A DNA stretch of 63,073 nt, filler included, from Diploschistes diacapsis (GCA_023645945.1; 24 parts of 24 records of this genome joined end to end with filler, not necessarily neighbours in it), one strand, 5' to 3'; shown: positions 13,417 through 26,314, counted from the first letter of the whole stretch. Notes: generated by a model from the sequence alone, not told the origin. Numbers and translations are program-made.

Positions 13417-14106
13417 GGTGTTTCAACAAATAAACAAGCCATATGATCAAAGCAGTGTGTTATCACAGACCACGGGGAAGGGGTGTAGAGTTGTTCGACG
13501 ATAACTCGCGATGGCCGGTAGAGAATGATGCAGACGAGTGTAGAGGTCCGAGGTGTTCTGTTTTAGGCTTGTTCATTCACTTCGAGAGCTTGTCATGTGT
13601 CTTCTTTGCATGCGCCAAAGCCTCGAGGTTTGTCTAAGCGCAATTCGTCTGCGATTAACCTAGGACCACCTGGTTAGTCAACTAGATGTTCGGGGTACAA
13701 TCTTACGCGCTTCTTAGGTCAAACCCGTCGTGAAGTCGCGTATCAGAGTCAGAATAGACATTGACACTTACCTTCAGCATCTGCGACGCGTCAAGCTGTC
13801 TTTTCATGGCGGTCGATAATCCATATGCGCTTTTCCAAGGACCCCGTGTTTAACTTCCCAGGCTTTCATGTCGTGCAGTAACCGGATGATGATCGGACCG
13901 AGCCTCGGTAGGGAGCGGGAACTTTGGATGAGGCTGAAAGCTATTCTTGTCTGGTCTTAGCGTGCTCTCGGCTCCAGAAGATACAAGGCCTCAATATAAT
14001 CTAGGACCTACAACTTCAACTCTGTCGTAGTTGGGAAGAAGCGAACCTGGTGTTACCATAGCCAGTTCCTTCAGCCACCTATGTACAGTGCCCTTTAGCT
14101 GCCACA

Positions 14107-14561
14107 ATGGGTATTCCTTTTGAAGCTTTCATTCCCTATGGCGTCATGCTAACTGTGAGTCTTGGTGTCTTCTTTAAGGAACGTATCGCTAATACATACA
14201 GATGTTCGCTGTATCGGGTGTTGGATTGTCAACGGTCAGATACTATGCGAACGGCAAGAAACGGGCGCGATATGGTTTGGATCAGTGGGATAGAGTAAGG
14301 CCCAATGTTCCCATGGAAAGCTCATACTAATTGTTGTGCAGCAAAGTACGTATCGCATATCACAGCACCGGGCGTGCATAACTGATAGTTGTAGTGATGG
14401 ATCGGGATCGAAGGCTCACGGGCAGTGTCCGAGGGCAAACAGATAAACCATATGCGCCAGAGGGTTTCGAAGTCAATAGTGCATGGCAGGTATGTTTGTA
14501 CAGAGTAGAACGCTTGGAGATATGCTAACGATCATCGCAGTTGGAAGCACGGAGGCTATGA
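14107..14561 (+). CDS. NDUFA1: NADH:ubiquinone oxidoreductase MWFE subunit (NDUFA1/9.8 kDa), 86 aa
   Basis: Exons 14107-14154, 14202-14294, 14342-14345, 14395-14489, 14541-14561 give MGIPFEAFIPYGVMLTMFAVSGVGLSTVRYYANGKKRARYGLDQWDRQMMDRDRRLTGSVRGQTDKPYAPEGFEVNSAWQLEARRL. DxWD..MMxRDxRLTG is the family signature. Confidence 0.93.
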
Positions 14562-15591
14562 TATCGAGGAGTCAAGATGTGTATATTAAGCAGTCAAGGA
14601 AACGTTTTCATGACCTTCGCCGAAAGGTTTCGCACTTTTAGCATATATCACTTCCCTGATTCTTGAAGTAAGCATTACTAGGCCTGCGCTGACTTTAGGC
14701 TCTTTTGTCGTGCGACTAATTACGGGCGTTCACGAACAATTTCCTCGCTATGGAGTACAGTCAAACTCAACAAATGGATAGAAGCTCATAACACCCTTGA
14801 CCGGCCTCTGGCGGTACAACTGAAATCTCCTATATAATACAGAGATATCAAGATGGGAATGCGAAGTTGCGTTGAGGTTTGCCCTGGTCATCAGAGACTA
14901 CAGCTGGCCAATGATGAAAAGGCCATTTGATATCTCTTGTGATTACAAGGACGGGAAGGAAATAACATACCAATTCACAATCGCAACATGATTGCCCTGA
15001 TTTCGGAAAGGGAAAGTCGCAGAAAACAACTTATTAACGTTTTCTTGAAGTACTCCTGCCGGATGCAAGAATCTTACTATATAAAATACCCTACACTTGC
15101 CGCACGGAACGAGTGCTGAGGCGCTAGAGCTGCGCACTTACTAACAACCATTTCATTTTAGAGCATCCTACGTTTCGCTGAAAAGTTTTATACCTTGCTC
15201 GACAGTCATTGATCGCCAAAAGTCATCGTCCTTGCGGGCATGAAGCTCTTCGCACCTATTTCATGTCCCATGACGCAAGATCAACCTCGTGCGCTCAGAT
15301 CAATTTTGATTGGCAACTGCATCAAGCTACCTTATGTCCAAACCGTTGAATCATTCCCCACTCAGCGTGCATATCAGACTTATGGGATACACGAAGTCTC
15401 GATGCGCATCCCCAACACTGACTGCACTATGGTCAGGAGCCAAGAAGGTGGGTGACAGTAGCTTCGAATCATCGCGCTGGCTACAAGTAGGTTCAGATTT
15501 CACTACCGTTAGATTTTGCTCTTCCCGCAACGCACATCGGTCGAGCGGAAAGAAACAAATTTGCACCTTCGCACAAAATATCTTGCAACTA

Positions 15592-18057
15592 ATGATGTTG
15601 TACTTTCCATGCTGTAGCTCATCATTGGCCCTCTCTGTTCTGATCTCCTATGTAGCAGCTCAGGCTGCCTCTACTGATTATACGCAATATGTGCTTCCGT
15701 TGTAGGAGAGATTTTTCTCTACGTGGAGAGTCGCTGATCACTATTGCAGCACCGGAACCCAGAATGGAGGCAACATGTTTCCTGGCGTTGCCAGACCCTT
15801 TGGCGTTGTCAAGCTTGGTCCAGATGTCTATAACGGAGTTGACTCATACTCGGGATATCAACCCACTGGAAATATTACAGGTTATTCGATGATGCACGAA
15901 TCAGGTACCGGAGGGGCCCCTAAATATGGAGTTGTCGCGCAGATGCCAGTTGTCGGCAATGTCTCCAACCCACTCGTGGACCTATCACAGCCAAGGGCAG
16001 CAAATGATTTGGCGCAGGTTGGGTACTACAAGACTGCGCTGGCTTCGGGCGCCATCACTGAACTTGCAGCCACTGAGCATGCAGGAATTCTGCAGCACAC
16101 CTTTCCTGCGAAGAATCCAGCGAGCATCGTGATTGACGTAAGTCATGTATTACCTAGCTTTAGGGGGCTCGGCCTCGGGCAAAACTACACAGGTGGAAAC
16201 ATCACTGTTTTAAAGGATGGCCATTACGAAGGCAGCGGAACCTACAACAACGGATGGAATTTAGGTATGATATCTTGAGCAAGTAATGTATAGCTAGCGA
16301 ATATTAGCTGATAACATCTAAAAGCGCCAGAGTGGACAATCCATTTCTGTGGCTATTTCGACACGGCGGCAGTTTCTGCTCAGACATTTCGGGGAACTGG
16401 AACTGGAAACAATAGTTTGACCTACCCTGGTTCGAGCACTGAAGCTATCAAGCCAACTGCGGATGGCTCAACCCAGCCTGTGCGTGTAGGAGCTGTTTAT
16501 ACCTTTTCCGGACCAACCGTCGTCTCTCGTATTGGTGTCTCTTGGATCTCTAGCGCTCAAGCTTGTGGAAATGCCAACAGGGAGATACCAAAGAGCACTG
16601 CTCTGCAGACGGTCGAGTCGGCGACGAAGCAGGCGTGGAACTCGAAGCTATTGGGCAAAGTCACCACAACCGAGACTAATCAAACGAACCTGCAACTTTT
16701 GTACACCATGGTCTATGGGATGCTGTTACTACCGTCTAATAGAACTGGCGAAAACCCGCTGTGGACATCGAGCGAGCCTTATTACGATGATCTATTTACC
16801 ATCTGGGATCTCTTCCGCTGTCAGACTGCTCTATTCCAGATTCTCGAGCCCACCAATTATGAAGAGTATATAAGATCACTCATTGATGTATATAGACATG
16901 TTGGATGGATGCCAGACGCTCGTTCCTCGAACTTCAACGGTCGCTCGCAAGGTGGCAGCAATGCAGACAACGTGCTTGCAGATGCCTACGTGAAGGGTGT
17001 ACGGGGCGCTGTGAACTGGAATGACGGCTATGCAGCTCTGGTGAAGGATGCTGAAGTCACACCTCCAAACAGCCCGGTTGACCCTGAATCCCCCGAATCG
17101 AGTGACCATGAAGGCCGTGGAGCACTCCCGGACTGGCTCAAATACAGCTACATCACCCCCGCATTTGATCGATCGGTTAATCGAGCTGTCGACTACTCTA
17201 TCAACGATCTGAGTGTATCTCAGGTTGCCGCCGGTTTAGGCAATGCTGCAGATGCTGCCAAGTATCTTAATAGATCGCGGAACTGGCGGAACCACTGGAA
17301 TCCTCAGGCTTCTTCCCTAGGCTTCAATGGGTTCCTCGCACCTCGATTAGCCAACGGAGCTTTCGTGGCAGAAGACCCTTTAAGCTGTGGTGGTTGCTAT
17401 TGGGGAGACTATTTCTACGAAGCAACCCCCTGGGAATACTCTTTCTCGGTATACCACGATATGTCCACACTTATCTCGTATTGTGGAGGGGCATCGACCT
17501 TCGTCAAGAAGCTCGAGAAGCTCTTTGCGCCGGGTTTGAACCCTAGCGGCTCCGCGCAGTTCAACTACACGATCTTCAACCCCGGTAATGAGCCGTCGTT
17601 CGCCTCGCCATATTTGTTCAATTTCGCGGGCCGGCAGGATCTGTCCGTAAAGTATAGCCGGTCCATTGCCACGGCATACTACGCACCGACCGTCAATGGC
17701 CTTCCCGGTAACGCCGATGCCGGCGCAATGCAGTCTTGGATACTATGGAACATCATTGGCCTTTACCCCATGACAGGAAGCACCACCTTCCTCATCGGCT
17801 CGCCCTGGTTGCCAAGCCTCACGATTGATCTTGGGACTGGTAAGACATTCACAGTCACACAGACAGGCGGTAATAACAACAACGGCTCTTTCTACGTCCA
17901 GTCGCTCAAAGTTAACGGGCAGCCTTGGAACAAGGGTTGGCTGACGTATCAGGATGTGTTTGCGAATGGAGGGACAATGGATTTCGTGCTCGGTCAGCGG
18001 CCGAAGAAATGGACGACGGGGCCGTTGCCGCCCAGTCCTGCTGCTGGGAGCTCTTAA
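15592..18057 (+). CDS. Secreted GH92 alpha-1,2-mannosidase-like protein
   Basis: Exons 15592-15701, 15750-16264, 16325-18057. Signal-peptide-like N-terminus. Motifs GGNMFPGVARPFGVVKLGPD, HESGTGGAPKYG, WDLFRC, SQGGSNADNVLADA, NPGNEPSF, GLPGNADAGAMQSW. Confidence 0.93.
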
Positions 18058-18600
18058 CGTGGCAGAGTATTTGGGACGATGCCGGTGTGCTTGAGAGGAC
18101 TTCCTTTTTTGCGCAAGCATATGTCCATACACTACGTCTACAGAGCATAATATATACTTGAACAGCCTAGACATATCTATTGGAGACACTCGGTACAGTT
18201 TATATGTAGTCGAGAATCGTCTTATCGGCCACATAAGGCGTTAATGGAGCTTCCGAAGCTCAAGTCGCATACTCATAACGGAATTATAGCTGTGCTTGGA
18301 GAGGTCCGTCGTGAGACCTGAGTCGTATTCATGATCTCATTTGCATAAAGCAAACTTCGAGTGCTGGTCAATACAAGGTGCCTCTATTGGGTGCTTAATC
18401 AACTTTGTAGTGAAAGCCCCGGTTTCTTTCGTCTTGGCAACCTCAAGCTGCACCGCCACAAGCCCCTTCCGCTCCTTTCCCGGCATTTAGTAGCTAGCAT
18501 TCTTGCGCCACTTCAAGAGCCGTCATTACTGCAATTCCGGACCCAACTCCTCCCCTCAACAATCAATCCACAATCAATTCACACCACCCACCACCCGCGC

Positions 18601-18619
18601 ATGATGGAGATCGACACCT
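18601..18619 (+). CDS. Possible 5' end of a gene cut off by the contig end (MMEIDT..)
   Basis: ATG after a C/A-rich leader typical of fungal 5' UTRs. Only 6 codons are visible. Confidence 0.3.
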
Positions 18620-18719
18620 NNNNNNNNNNNNNNNNNNNNNNNNNNNNNNNNNNNNNNNNNNNNTTAATTAATTAANNNNNNNNNNNNNNNNNNNNNNNNN
18701 NNNNNNNNNNNNNNNNNNN
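18620..18719. other. Artificial contig spacer (first of 22)
   Basis: N44 + TTAATTAATTAA (stops in all six frames) + N44. It recurs identically through the window; the last is 61908-62007. Confidence 0.99.
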
Positions 18720-19065
18720 AATCTTACGACGAAGATTGTTCGTTTTTTTTAATCGTTTATGATATGCGGGTTTTAATAAAAGTATATTAAAAATTAAAGT
18801 ATTTAATATTTTAATTTTTTACGATTTCCGTGGAACGTTATTGATTTTATAATTTTTATAATGGATTCTTTATACGATTTGTTTTCGTTAGATTTATTAT
18901 TATTTCCGGGGTCGTTACTTCTAGCTTCCGCGGTGTCCGTTATAAGGACATTAGTTTCTTTTAATGACGTTATTGCCCTAAATGTTTAAAATAATGCGGA
19001 TTTAGTTATCGATAGCGATCGCCCGGTTATATTATTAATAATATTTATTTTTAAAGGTATTAAAG

Positions 19066-19520
19066 TGTTATAATCTTTATTTATACAAGATATACACGAG
19101 TAAGATTAAAGTGGGTTTGGTCTCTATTAGAAAAGGAATGTAATAGGAAAAGAAGATAGAATAATTATAAATCTTAAACTGTCTTTAAAAAGAAAGTTTT
19201 AAAATAATAAAAATAACGAATATAGATTAATCCCGAGTAATAACTTAAGATATCTATAAAAGTAAACACGTCTTTTTTCACGAAAGTAGAGTCGTGTTTA
19301 TATATAATTAACTCGTTCGCCGTTTATTATAAGTTTAGCGAACGGTGCCTTCGAGGCTCGTCGTTAATAAAAATAAGCGCGATTATCGAGCGGTAGCGAA
19401 AGCTTACTCGCCGTTTACGAGAATAAGCGCGAATAGTAAGCGCATCACGTGACCCTTGGTCCCGTGACTGATCTATATACAAAGCTGGGACGTGCCAAGT
19501 CTGGTACTTGGATCGTAACA
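19066..19520 (-). mobile_element. LTR family B (~455 bp, TGTTACGATCCAAG..GAGATCATAACA), RIP-mutated
   Basis: Termini match copies at 53906-54372 (-) and 62549-63002 (+), and partial copies at 19521-19601, 25295-25652 and 57336-57520. The left flank is shared with 53829-53905 (element-internal sequence). Confidence 0.8.
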
Positions 19521-19893
19521 CTTGCACTCCTCTTCTATACGAGACCAAACCTACCTTGATCAATACCTTGTGTCTACCTTATAGAGATAGAGATCATAAC
19601 ACTAACGAGGGCCCCTAATAGATCGATATTGAACCTATTTAATTAATATATTAAGGTTTTAACGTCCAACTTAAGAATAAAATATACTCTATATAATTAA
19701 AACCTTATCTTTTTTAAAATCTTTAATAATTCCCGACATTCGCGCTTTCTAATAATATACTTTATTTCCGAAAGAAACCATACTCCGTTCTCGNNNNNNN
19801 NNNNNNNNNNNNNNNNNNNNNNNNNNNNNNNNNNNNNTTAATTAATTAANNNNNNNNNNNNNNNNNNNNNNNNNNNNNNNNNNNNNNNNNNNN

Positions 19894-20965
19894 CCCTTCC
19901 CCTAACTGCCAAACTCCTCACCCGCAACCCAGAATACTACACAATCTGGAACACGCGCCGGCGGATCCTATCGCGGCAGCTCGCCTCCCTCTCTCCCTCC
20001 TCCTCCTCCACTCCAAGCCCCGACCAAATTCCCCCCCTCCTCTCCGCAGAGCTAACCTTCCTCTTCCCCCTCCTCGTCAAATTCCCCAAATGCTACTGGA
20101 TCTGGAACCACCGCCGCTGGACGCTCCAGCAGGCCTCCGCCTACCTCCCCCAATCCGAGGCACGGAGGTTCTGGACCGACGAGCTGGGCCTCGTGACGAA
20201 GATGCTGGCGCGCGACAGCAGGAATTTTCACGGGTGGGGGTATCGGCGGGATGTGGTGGCGGAGTTAGAGAGTGAGCGGTTGGATGTTCCTGATGGGGAC
20301 GTGGAGGGTGTTCAAGGGGAGGAGAGCCGCGGCTGGATGGAAGTGGGAGTGGAAGGGGAAGCAGAAGCAGACGGTTCCAGCCGAACGGAGCGGGCAAAGG
20401 ATAGGGGCAGGGGCAGGAGCAGGAGCATGAGCATGGTGCAGTCGGAATTCGACTACACGACGCGCATGATAAACACGAACCTATCCAACTTCTCCGCCTG
20501 GCACAGTCGCAGCAAATTGATCCCGCGCCTCCTGGACGAGCAAGGGGCCGATCACGCGGCGAGGAGGAAGATGCTCGATGACGGTAAATACTCTCCCTAT
20601 TCTGCCTCTCCTTACCCCCCCCCCCCTCTAACCCAATTCCCCTCACCACAAAAACAGAGCTCCTCCTCACCCTCGAAGCCCAATGGACCGACCCCACCAA
20701 CCAATCCATCTGGTTCTACCACCAGAATCTCCTCAGCGCCTTCTCCGCCTCCCGCCCCCTCCAACGACTCTCCATAGTCCCCACGCTATCCCACGACGAG
20801 CGGGCCGCGTACCTGCGCGCCGAGATCGGCAAGGTGGCGGAGATGCTGGAGGAGACGGGGGACTGCAAGTGGATCTACGAGCGGCTGGTGGAGATGGTGC
20901 TGGCGTATGCGGAGCTGAGCGGTGGGTTGTTGCCGACGGGGTTGGGGGTCGGGACGGTGAGGGAG
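19894..20965 (+). CDS. BET4: Rab geranylgeranyltransferase type II alpha subunit, internal fragment
   Basis: PPTA repeats LLTRNPEYYTIWN, FPKCYWIWNHRRW, DSRNFHGWGYRR, NLSNFSAWHSRS, DPTNQSIWFYHQ. Intron 20584-20657. Truncated at both contig ends. Confidence 0.9.
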
Positions 20966-21992
20966 NNNNNNNNNNNNNNNNNNNNNNNNNNNNNNNNNNN
21001 NNNNNNNNNTTAATTAATTAANNNNNNNNNNNNNNNNNNNNNNNNNNNNNNNNNNNNNNNNNNNNTAATAATTCTTTTTATTTTTTCGACAAAAATATCT
21101 TTTCTTGTTTTTATTATCTGGCGTTCTTCAAGTTTTATGTCTTATTTTATTTTTAATAATAAGTTTTTAATTGTTTCTAATATATTCTTCAATATAAATT
21201 CGAAATTATCTTCTTATTCTAACGACTCGTTTGTTAATGTTTTACCTTTAAATTACGAGTCTCGTTCTTATTGCTCGATATAATCTGAATCTTCTTCATA
21301 AAATGAAGTAATTCTAGATCGTTTATTTCTTTCTTTTCTTTTACTTTCTTTTATTTTAATTTAGTTACGTGGGTTTGTTTTACGTGTACGTTACGAAGAA
21401 CGTGCCATCTTGTCGGATCGTCGTTTTTAAGAAAGGTAGAGTAATTAGAACTGTTAGAAATAAAATATAATAATATGATAAGATGGTTATACGTAGGGTA
21501 GATTCATGCTAGGACTAATTATTAAAGAAGAGGAGAGAGTAAGAAGGGCAAAATCCCTCTTTAAGTATTAGCAAGCCAAGACCCTGAGCGCCACTTGTCC
21601 GACTCTTGGCATGCTCCTTGCTTGGCCTTACAGTATCGCACGATAATTATCGTCATTATAAAATAAATATCCTCTTATTAGGCTAAAACGGCGGCGTCGC
21701 TTTTCGTCGGATCGTTTTTAAGAACGGAAACCTTTAGAATGCTATGATTTATTATGACGTAAAGAATATGCTGTAACTTTTTTTATCATTTTATCTTGCT
21801 TATCGATGAGCCTGTTGAGTTATTTATCGAAATCGATATTGGCGGATAAAATGTTATCGATTTACGTATTAATAACGTCGATAATGATTCCGTAATTAAA
21901 CGGCAATATTATAAGTAATTATTAAAAAAAAACCTTTAGAGCGTATTCGATTCGTTTATACGACAGTTTCTTTAAAAGTTTTATTAAATATA

Positions 21993-22137
21993 ACGTATAT
22001 GTATAGCGAGCGGACACTTATAGCGAACGGACACCCTTCTCGATTCGTACGAGTTACAATTATATTTACGTAATCAATTTTTACGATAATTTATTATATT
22101 AATTATTAATATCTTTCTTTAAAGTTATATATTCTAT
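21993..22137 (+). mobile_element. Probable Fot1/pogo-type TIR (TA|ACGT start, internal direct repeat TATAGCGARCGGACAC x2)
   Basis: ACGT after TA plus a duplicated ~16-nt motif, the architecture of Tan1/Pot2-like TIRs. RIP-degraded. Confidence 0.5.
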
Positions 22138-22515
22138 NNNNNNNNNNNNNNNNNNNNNNNNNNNNNNNNNNNNNNNNNNNNTTAATTAATTAANNNNNNN
22201 NNNNNNNNNNNNNNNNNNNNNNNNNNNNNNNNNNNNNAGCCGGTTTTATCGAAATTATAAATATTCGAATTAAAAATATTATATTGATTAATTATATTAC
22301 GTACGAGGTCGAATCAGTTTTATATAACTAACTCGTTAATTTTTAATTAATAATTTTTAGTAATCGATTTTACGTATAAATCGTATTTTAAACATTTTTT
22401 ATTTTCGTATGAAATTTTATATTCATCGTGATCCGATCGGCCGCGTATATCGAGTTACGCGTATTAAATTGGTTATATCGCGTATATCGTTTTATCGCGG
22501 CGGAAAATTATATTC

Positions 22516-23309
22516 TGTTGAGCAGGCAGGCAGAATGCATGGCTGGGAGGTTCAGCTGAACCCACTTGGGTTCCTACTAATCCTGATTGGGAGTAGCGCA
22601 AGCCTGTAGGGCTTAGCGGATCCCATAGGTATAAAGGCTTGCATGTAGGTTATTCCTCTTAGATAGATCTTTAGACTTTAATATATTCGTTGCACAATAA
22701 GTTATGAGCCCGGGTTAGCCTACTCGAATCACTTCGTCTTTAAGTATTGTAAGTGTCTCCGGGTAGGTGTTACGGTTACGACTACGGGTTCCAATTACGT
22801 TACCTATTATAGGTTAAATTAAAGAGATCTTAAAATCCCTAGATCTGGATTATAGCACCCTAGGGTAATCAGATTCAAAATAGAAGTTAAATTACTTATT
22901 AATAAAACGCGGGCACCGATTACGCTACTCTACGAAAGCTAAATTGGCTGAACCACGTCAAAGTTCAGGACCTGAATACAGGTTTATTTAGTTGACATTC
23001 GAAAAACCCGACCATTCTCGACAAGTATCGAAGTTCAGCTGAACTCGTTGGACCTACTCGATTACTTTTACTTCTCCAACAGAAAACTTATATCTTTCTG
23101 TTTTATTTATCAACGATTTATCAACTACGATTCATTTATTACACCAATCTTCTTTATTTACGAAAACTGCAATCATAAAAGATATCATAAAAAAAATAAC
23201 TCCAATACTGAACAAAGAAAACCATAAGGAATAATTCATATTAATCAAGAATTATTTCTAAAGCGAAAGAACAGACGACGTGTTATTATACGAAGTACCG
23301 CTTAATTAT
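22516..23309 (+). mobile_element. Ty1/copia 5' LTR (22516-22699), PBS and leader
   Basis: TGTT..AATA (RIP of AACA), followed by AGTTATGAGCCC, the GGTTATGAGCCC half-tRNAiMet PBS of copia elements. The same LTR follows RNase H in other contigs. Confidence 0.85.
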
Positions 23310-23734
23310 NNNNNNNNNNNNNNNNNNNNNNNNNNNNNNNNNNNNNNNNNNNNTTAATTAATTAANNNNNNNNNNNNNNNNNNNNNNNNNNNNNNNNNNN
23401 NNNNNNNNNAAATTAAATACTGGAAAACCTTTACGCAACAATTTAAATAAAGATATATTGTACGAGTTCCGCATTAATAACCGTATTATTAATAAGACGG
23501 AATATTTTCGGCGGAAAGCCGTTATTATTAACGATCGAAAATATTTAGACCATATAATTCTTAACGAATATAAAGACTATAAGTACGAATTCACGAAACA
23601 CGAAATCATAATTTATGTTTTTTATAGACGAATCGCCATAAACGTTACCTTTCGAATTTATTATGAAAACGTTTTATCGAACGAATAATACGAGAATCAT
23701 CGCTTTTTATACGACTGTAATAATCGAAACTGTT

Positions 23735-24031
23735 TGAGACAGATCAGCCCAGGAGTGCCAAGCCACCTGGGTCACATGACGGCAGGGTCACATGACGGGT
23801 ACCAACCGTGCCAAGGATGTTAGGGGGTGGCTGTGTAGGCGGGTAGAACCCGAACCCCGTAGGGCTGGCACCCACACACTATTTATTCCTGTCACCTTCC
23901 TACCTAGATAGTTTCTTCTCTAGCTTTTCGAATCGAGACCTTTTACCTACAGATACCCAGCTACACGTAATCTCATCGGATCAGACCCAGTTCCCGATAG
24001 TATAATATCCCATTCCTGCGCTAGCGTTTCA
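23735..24031 (+). mobile_element. Solo LTR, family E (TGAGAC..GTTTCA)
   Basis: TG..CA termini with flanks TGTT/TATT (4-bp TSD with one G>A change). A reverse-complement copy at 50897-51209 has an adjacent polypurine tract. Confidence 0.75.
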
Positions 24032-24839
24032 TATTCGAAAAGCTAATTTTACCTTCGTACTCGTGACGAGAATTTAAAACGTTAACCGAATTAAATATTC
24101 GAATAAATCCACGATAACCGGAACTCGAAAATATTACCCTCCTACTTATTATGAATAATGACCCCCGTTAATAGAAAAAATCAAAAAAAAAATCGATAAT
24201 ACTTCCGTTTTTTAAAAAATCAACCGAGATGCCATCGGTTGAAAAATACGATTTAACAGATAAATCGCTAATTAAAGAATAATCCGTAAAATATCCCGCG
24301 TTACAATAATCATCAACGCCAAAAACTTTCGAAAGATTTAATATTAACGAAGAATTAATACCGGGACGAGCCCAGTTAGGCTCCCGCGATAACATTAAAC
24401 GAAAAAGATTCTCGTTTAAAAATCTAACGAAAGAACTAGTTAATTAAAATATAATTATCGAGAACGTGATGAATCTATAATNNNNNNNNNNNNNNNNNNN
24501 NNNNNNNNNNNNNNNNNNNNNNNNNTTAATTAATTAANNNNNNNNNNNNNNNNNNNNNNNNNNNNNNNNNNNNNNNNNNNNGATAAAAAGACGGAAACGA
24601 CCGGTAACCCTAATAACAGCATAATGCTTACGAGAAGCCCGCAAGATTTTCAGTTCCTAGCAGTCATGTCGCCATCTTAAATAAACTAAAAACTAAAGGA
24701 TAAGGCTTTTATCCCGACGGATTAACTTTTATATCAGATATACGTATATTCCGTAAATTCTTTATCCTTAATCCCAATTGTCCTTAATAACAAGTCTATT
24801 AATATTATAAAATTTCGTTAATTTTGCCTTATAGTATTT

Positions 24840-25140
24840 TAAGTTTTTTTTAGATTCCTATATCATTTCCGACTTTGGATAGCCTTTTCATTTAACTAGG
24901 TACTTGTTATTTTTGTAGTGTACCACTGCTTTGATTTCGTACTCGTTTTCGTTGTCTAGTTCGAAATAAAAGGTTTCTTATAACGGTATATCTAGATGTG
25001 TTAATTCGAGATATCTGAAATGAAACATTGAATAAATTTTCGCGTTCTTTAATAACTTAAATCGATAATTAACTCGTTTGATTTCGTTTGGTATAACGGG
25101 TTATTTATCGATAAAGAAAGGTCCGACTTTAACGTGATTT
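24840..25140 (-). mobile_element. Gypsy chromovirus integrase C-terminus/chromodomain relic
   Basis: Minus strand reads ENEYEIKAVVHYKNNKYLVK*KGYPKSE (chromodomain YLVKWKGY). A second copy lies at ~27240-27420. Confidence 0.8.
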
Positions 25141-25184
25141 AGCTTTTTCAAGAGTTTACGTGTTCTAAGATTGTCTATATATAG

Positions 25185-25294
25185 TAGGCTGGCCGTTTCG
25201 TGCCACGGTTACTGACACAGACACTGCAGCAAAAATTTTTAAAACACGGACACTGACACGGATATTACAGTTAAAATTTTAAAACACGGACACT
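25185..25294 (+). mobile_element. End of TAGGCTGGCCG-TIR element with ACACGG arrays, interrupted by a family B LTR
   Basis: The same terminus occurs at 58182 and, inverted, ending at 26594. The LTR starts at 25295 within the array. Confidence 0.75.
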
Positions 25295-25759
25295 TGTTAT
25301 GATCTCTATTTCTATAATGTAGACACGAGGTATTGATTAAGGTGGGTTTGGTTCTGTTAGAAGAGGAGTGCAAGCAGGAGAAGAAATAGATCGATAATAG
25401 GTTTGTTCTGATTTTTAAAAAGATTGCTATTAGTTGATAGAAATAACGAATATAAATTGATCTCGAGCAATCGTTAAGGATTTTTATAAAAGTAAACACG
25501 TCCCGATTTATAAGAGCCATAACGACGTTCCTATATAATTAACTACTCTTTAATGAAATAGATTAATAGATAAATAAAATTACCGTTCTTTCGTTCTACT
25601 TACAAAGAGTAAAATAGCCTTTAAAGCTTTTTATTTATCACGTGATTAATACNNNNNNNNNNNNNNNNNNNNNNNNNNNNNNNNNNNNNNNNNNNNTTAA
25701 TTAATTAANNNNNNNNNNNNNNNNNNNNNNNNNNNNNNNNNNNNNNNNNNNNTTATTAA

Positions 25760-26279
25760 TCTATTCGGTGATAATATTGGTTCTTTAAATTTAATAAAAC
25801 ACGCGAGGATCAACGATCGTTTAAAATACGTCGATATTATTTATTATCACGTACGAGATTTTATTAAATAAAGACGTATTAAGGGGGTTTATGTTTTTAT
25901 CGATAAAATAATTATTAACGGACTTACGAAACCATTAAATTATTTAAAGCACGATATTTTTATTACGGAATTCAGCTTAGTTTAAAAGATATTTAATTAA
26001 ATTATATAGATATGTTAAACGATTCCGTTTATAGGAAAATGTTGAGTAGATAGGTAGAAGGTATGGTTAAAAGTTCGATTAAGTTTTAGTCGGGGGTTCA
26101 GTTCAGCTGAATTCCGAGGTTCAGTTTAGTTGAATTTTTTGGGATTCTGATTAAATCGATCGGGAGTAGTGTTAATAATAAGGCTTAACGGAACCTATAG
26201 GGTATAAAAGTTTACGCAGTAGGATATCTTCATAGGATAAGACCTCTAGACTTTAATATATCCATTACGTTGCCAAACA
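25760..26279 (+). mobile_element. Ty1/copia RNase H C-terminus and 3' LTR (26040-26279)
   Basis: RIP'd KYVDIIYYHVRD..INGLTKPL (KHIDI..ADGLTKPL motif), then TGTT..AACA. Confidence 0.85.
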
Positions 26280-26314
26280 ATTATCACGTTTATTTTTTAC
26301 GCTTTTATTTTTTT

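Noticed and set aside
18664..18675. Regularly spaced TTAATTAATTAA repeats (CRISPR-like periodicity) and ORFs ending XXXLIN
   Set aside because: Artificial contig linkers. The near-equal spacing reflects length-ranked contigs.
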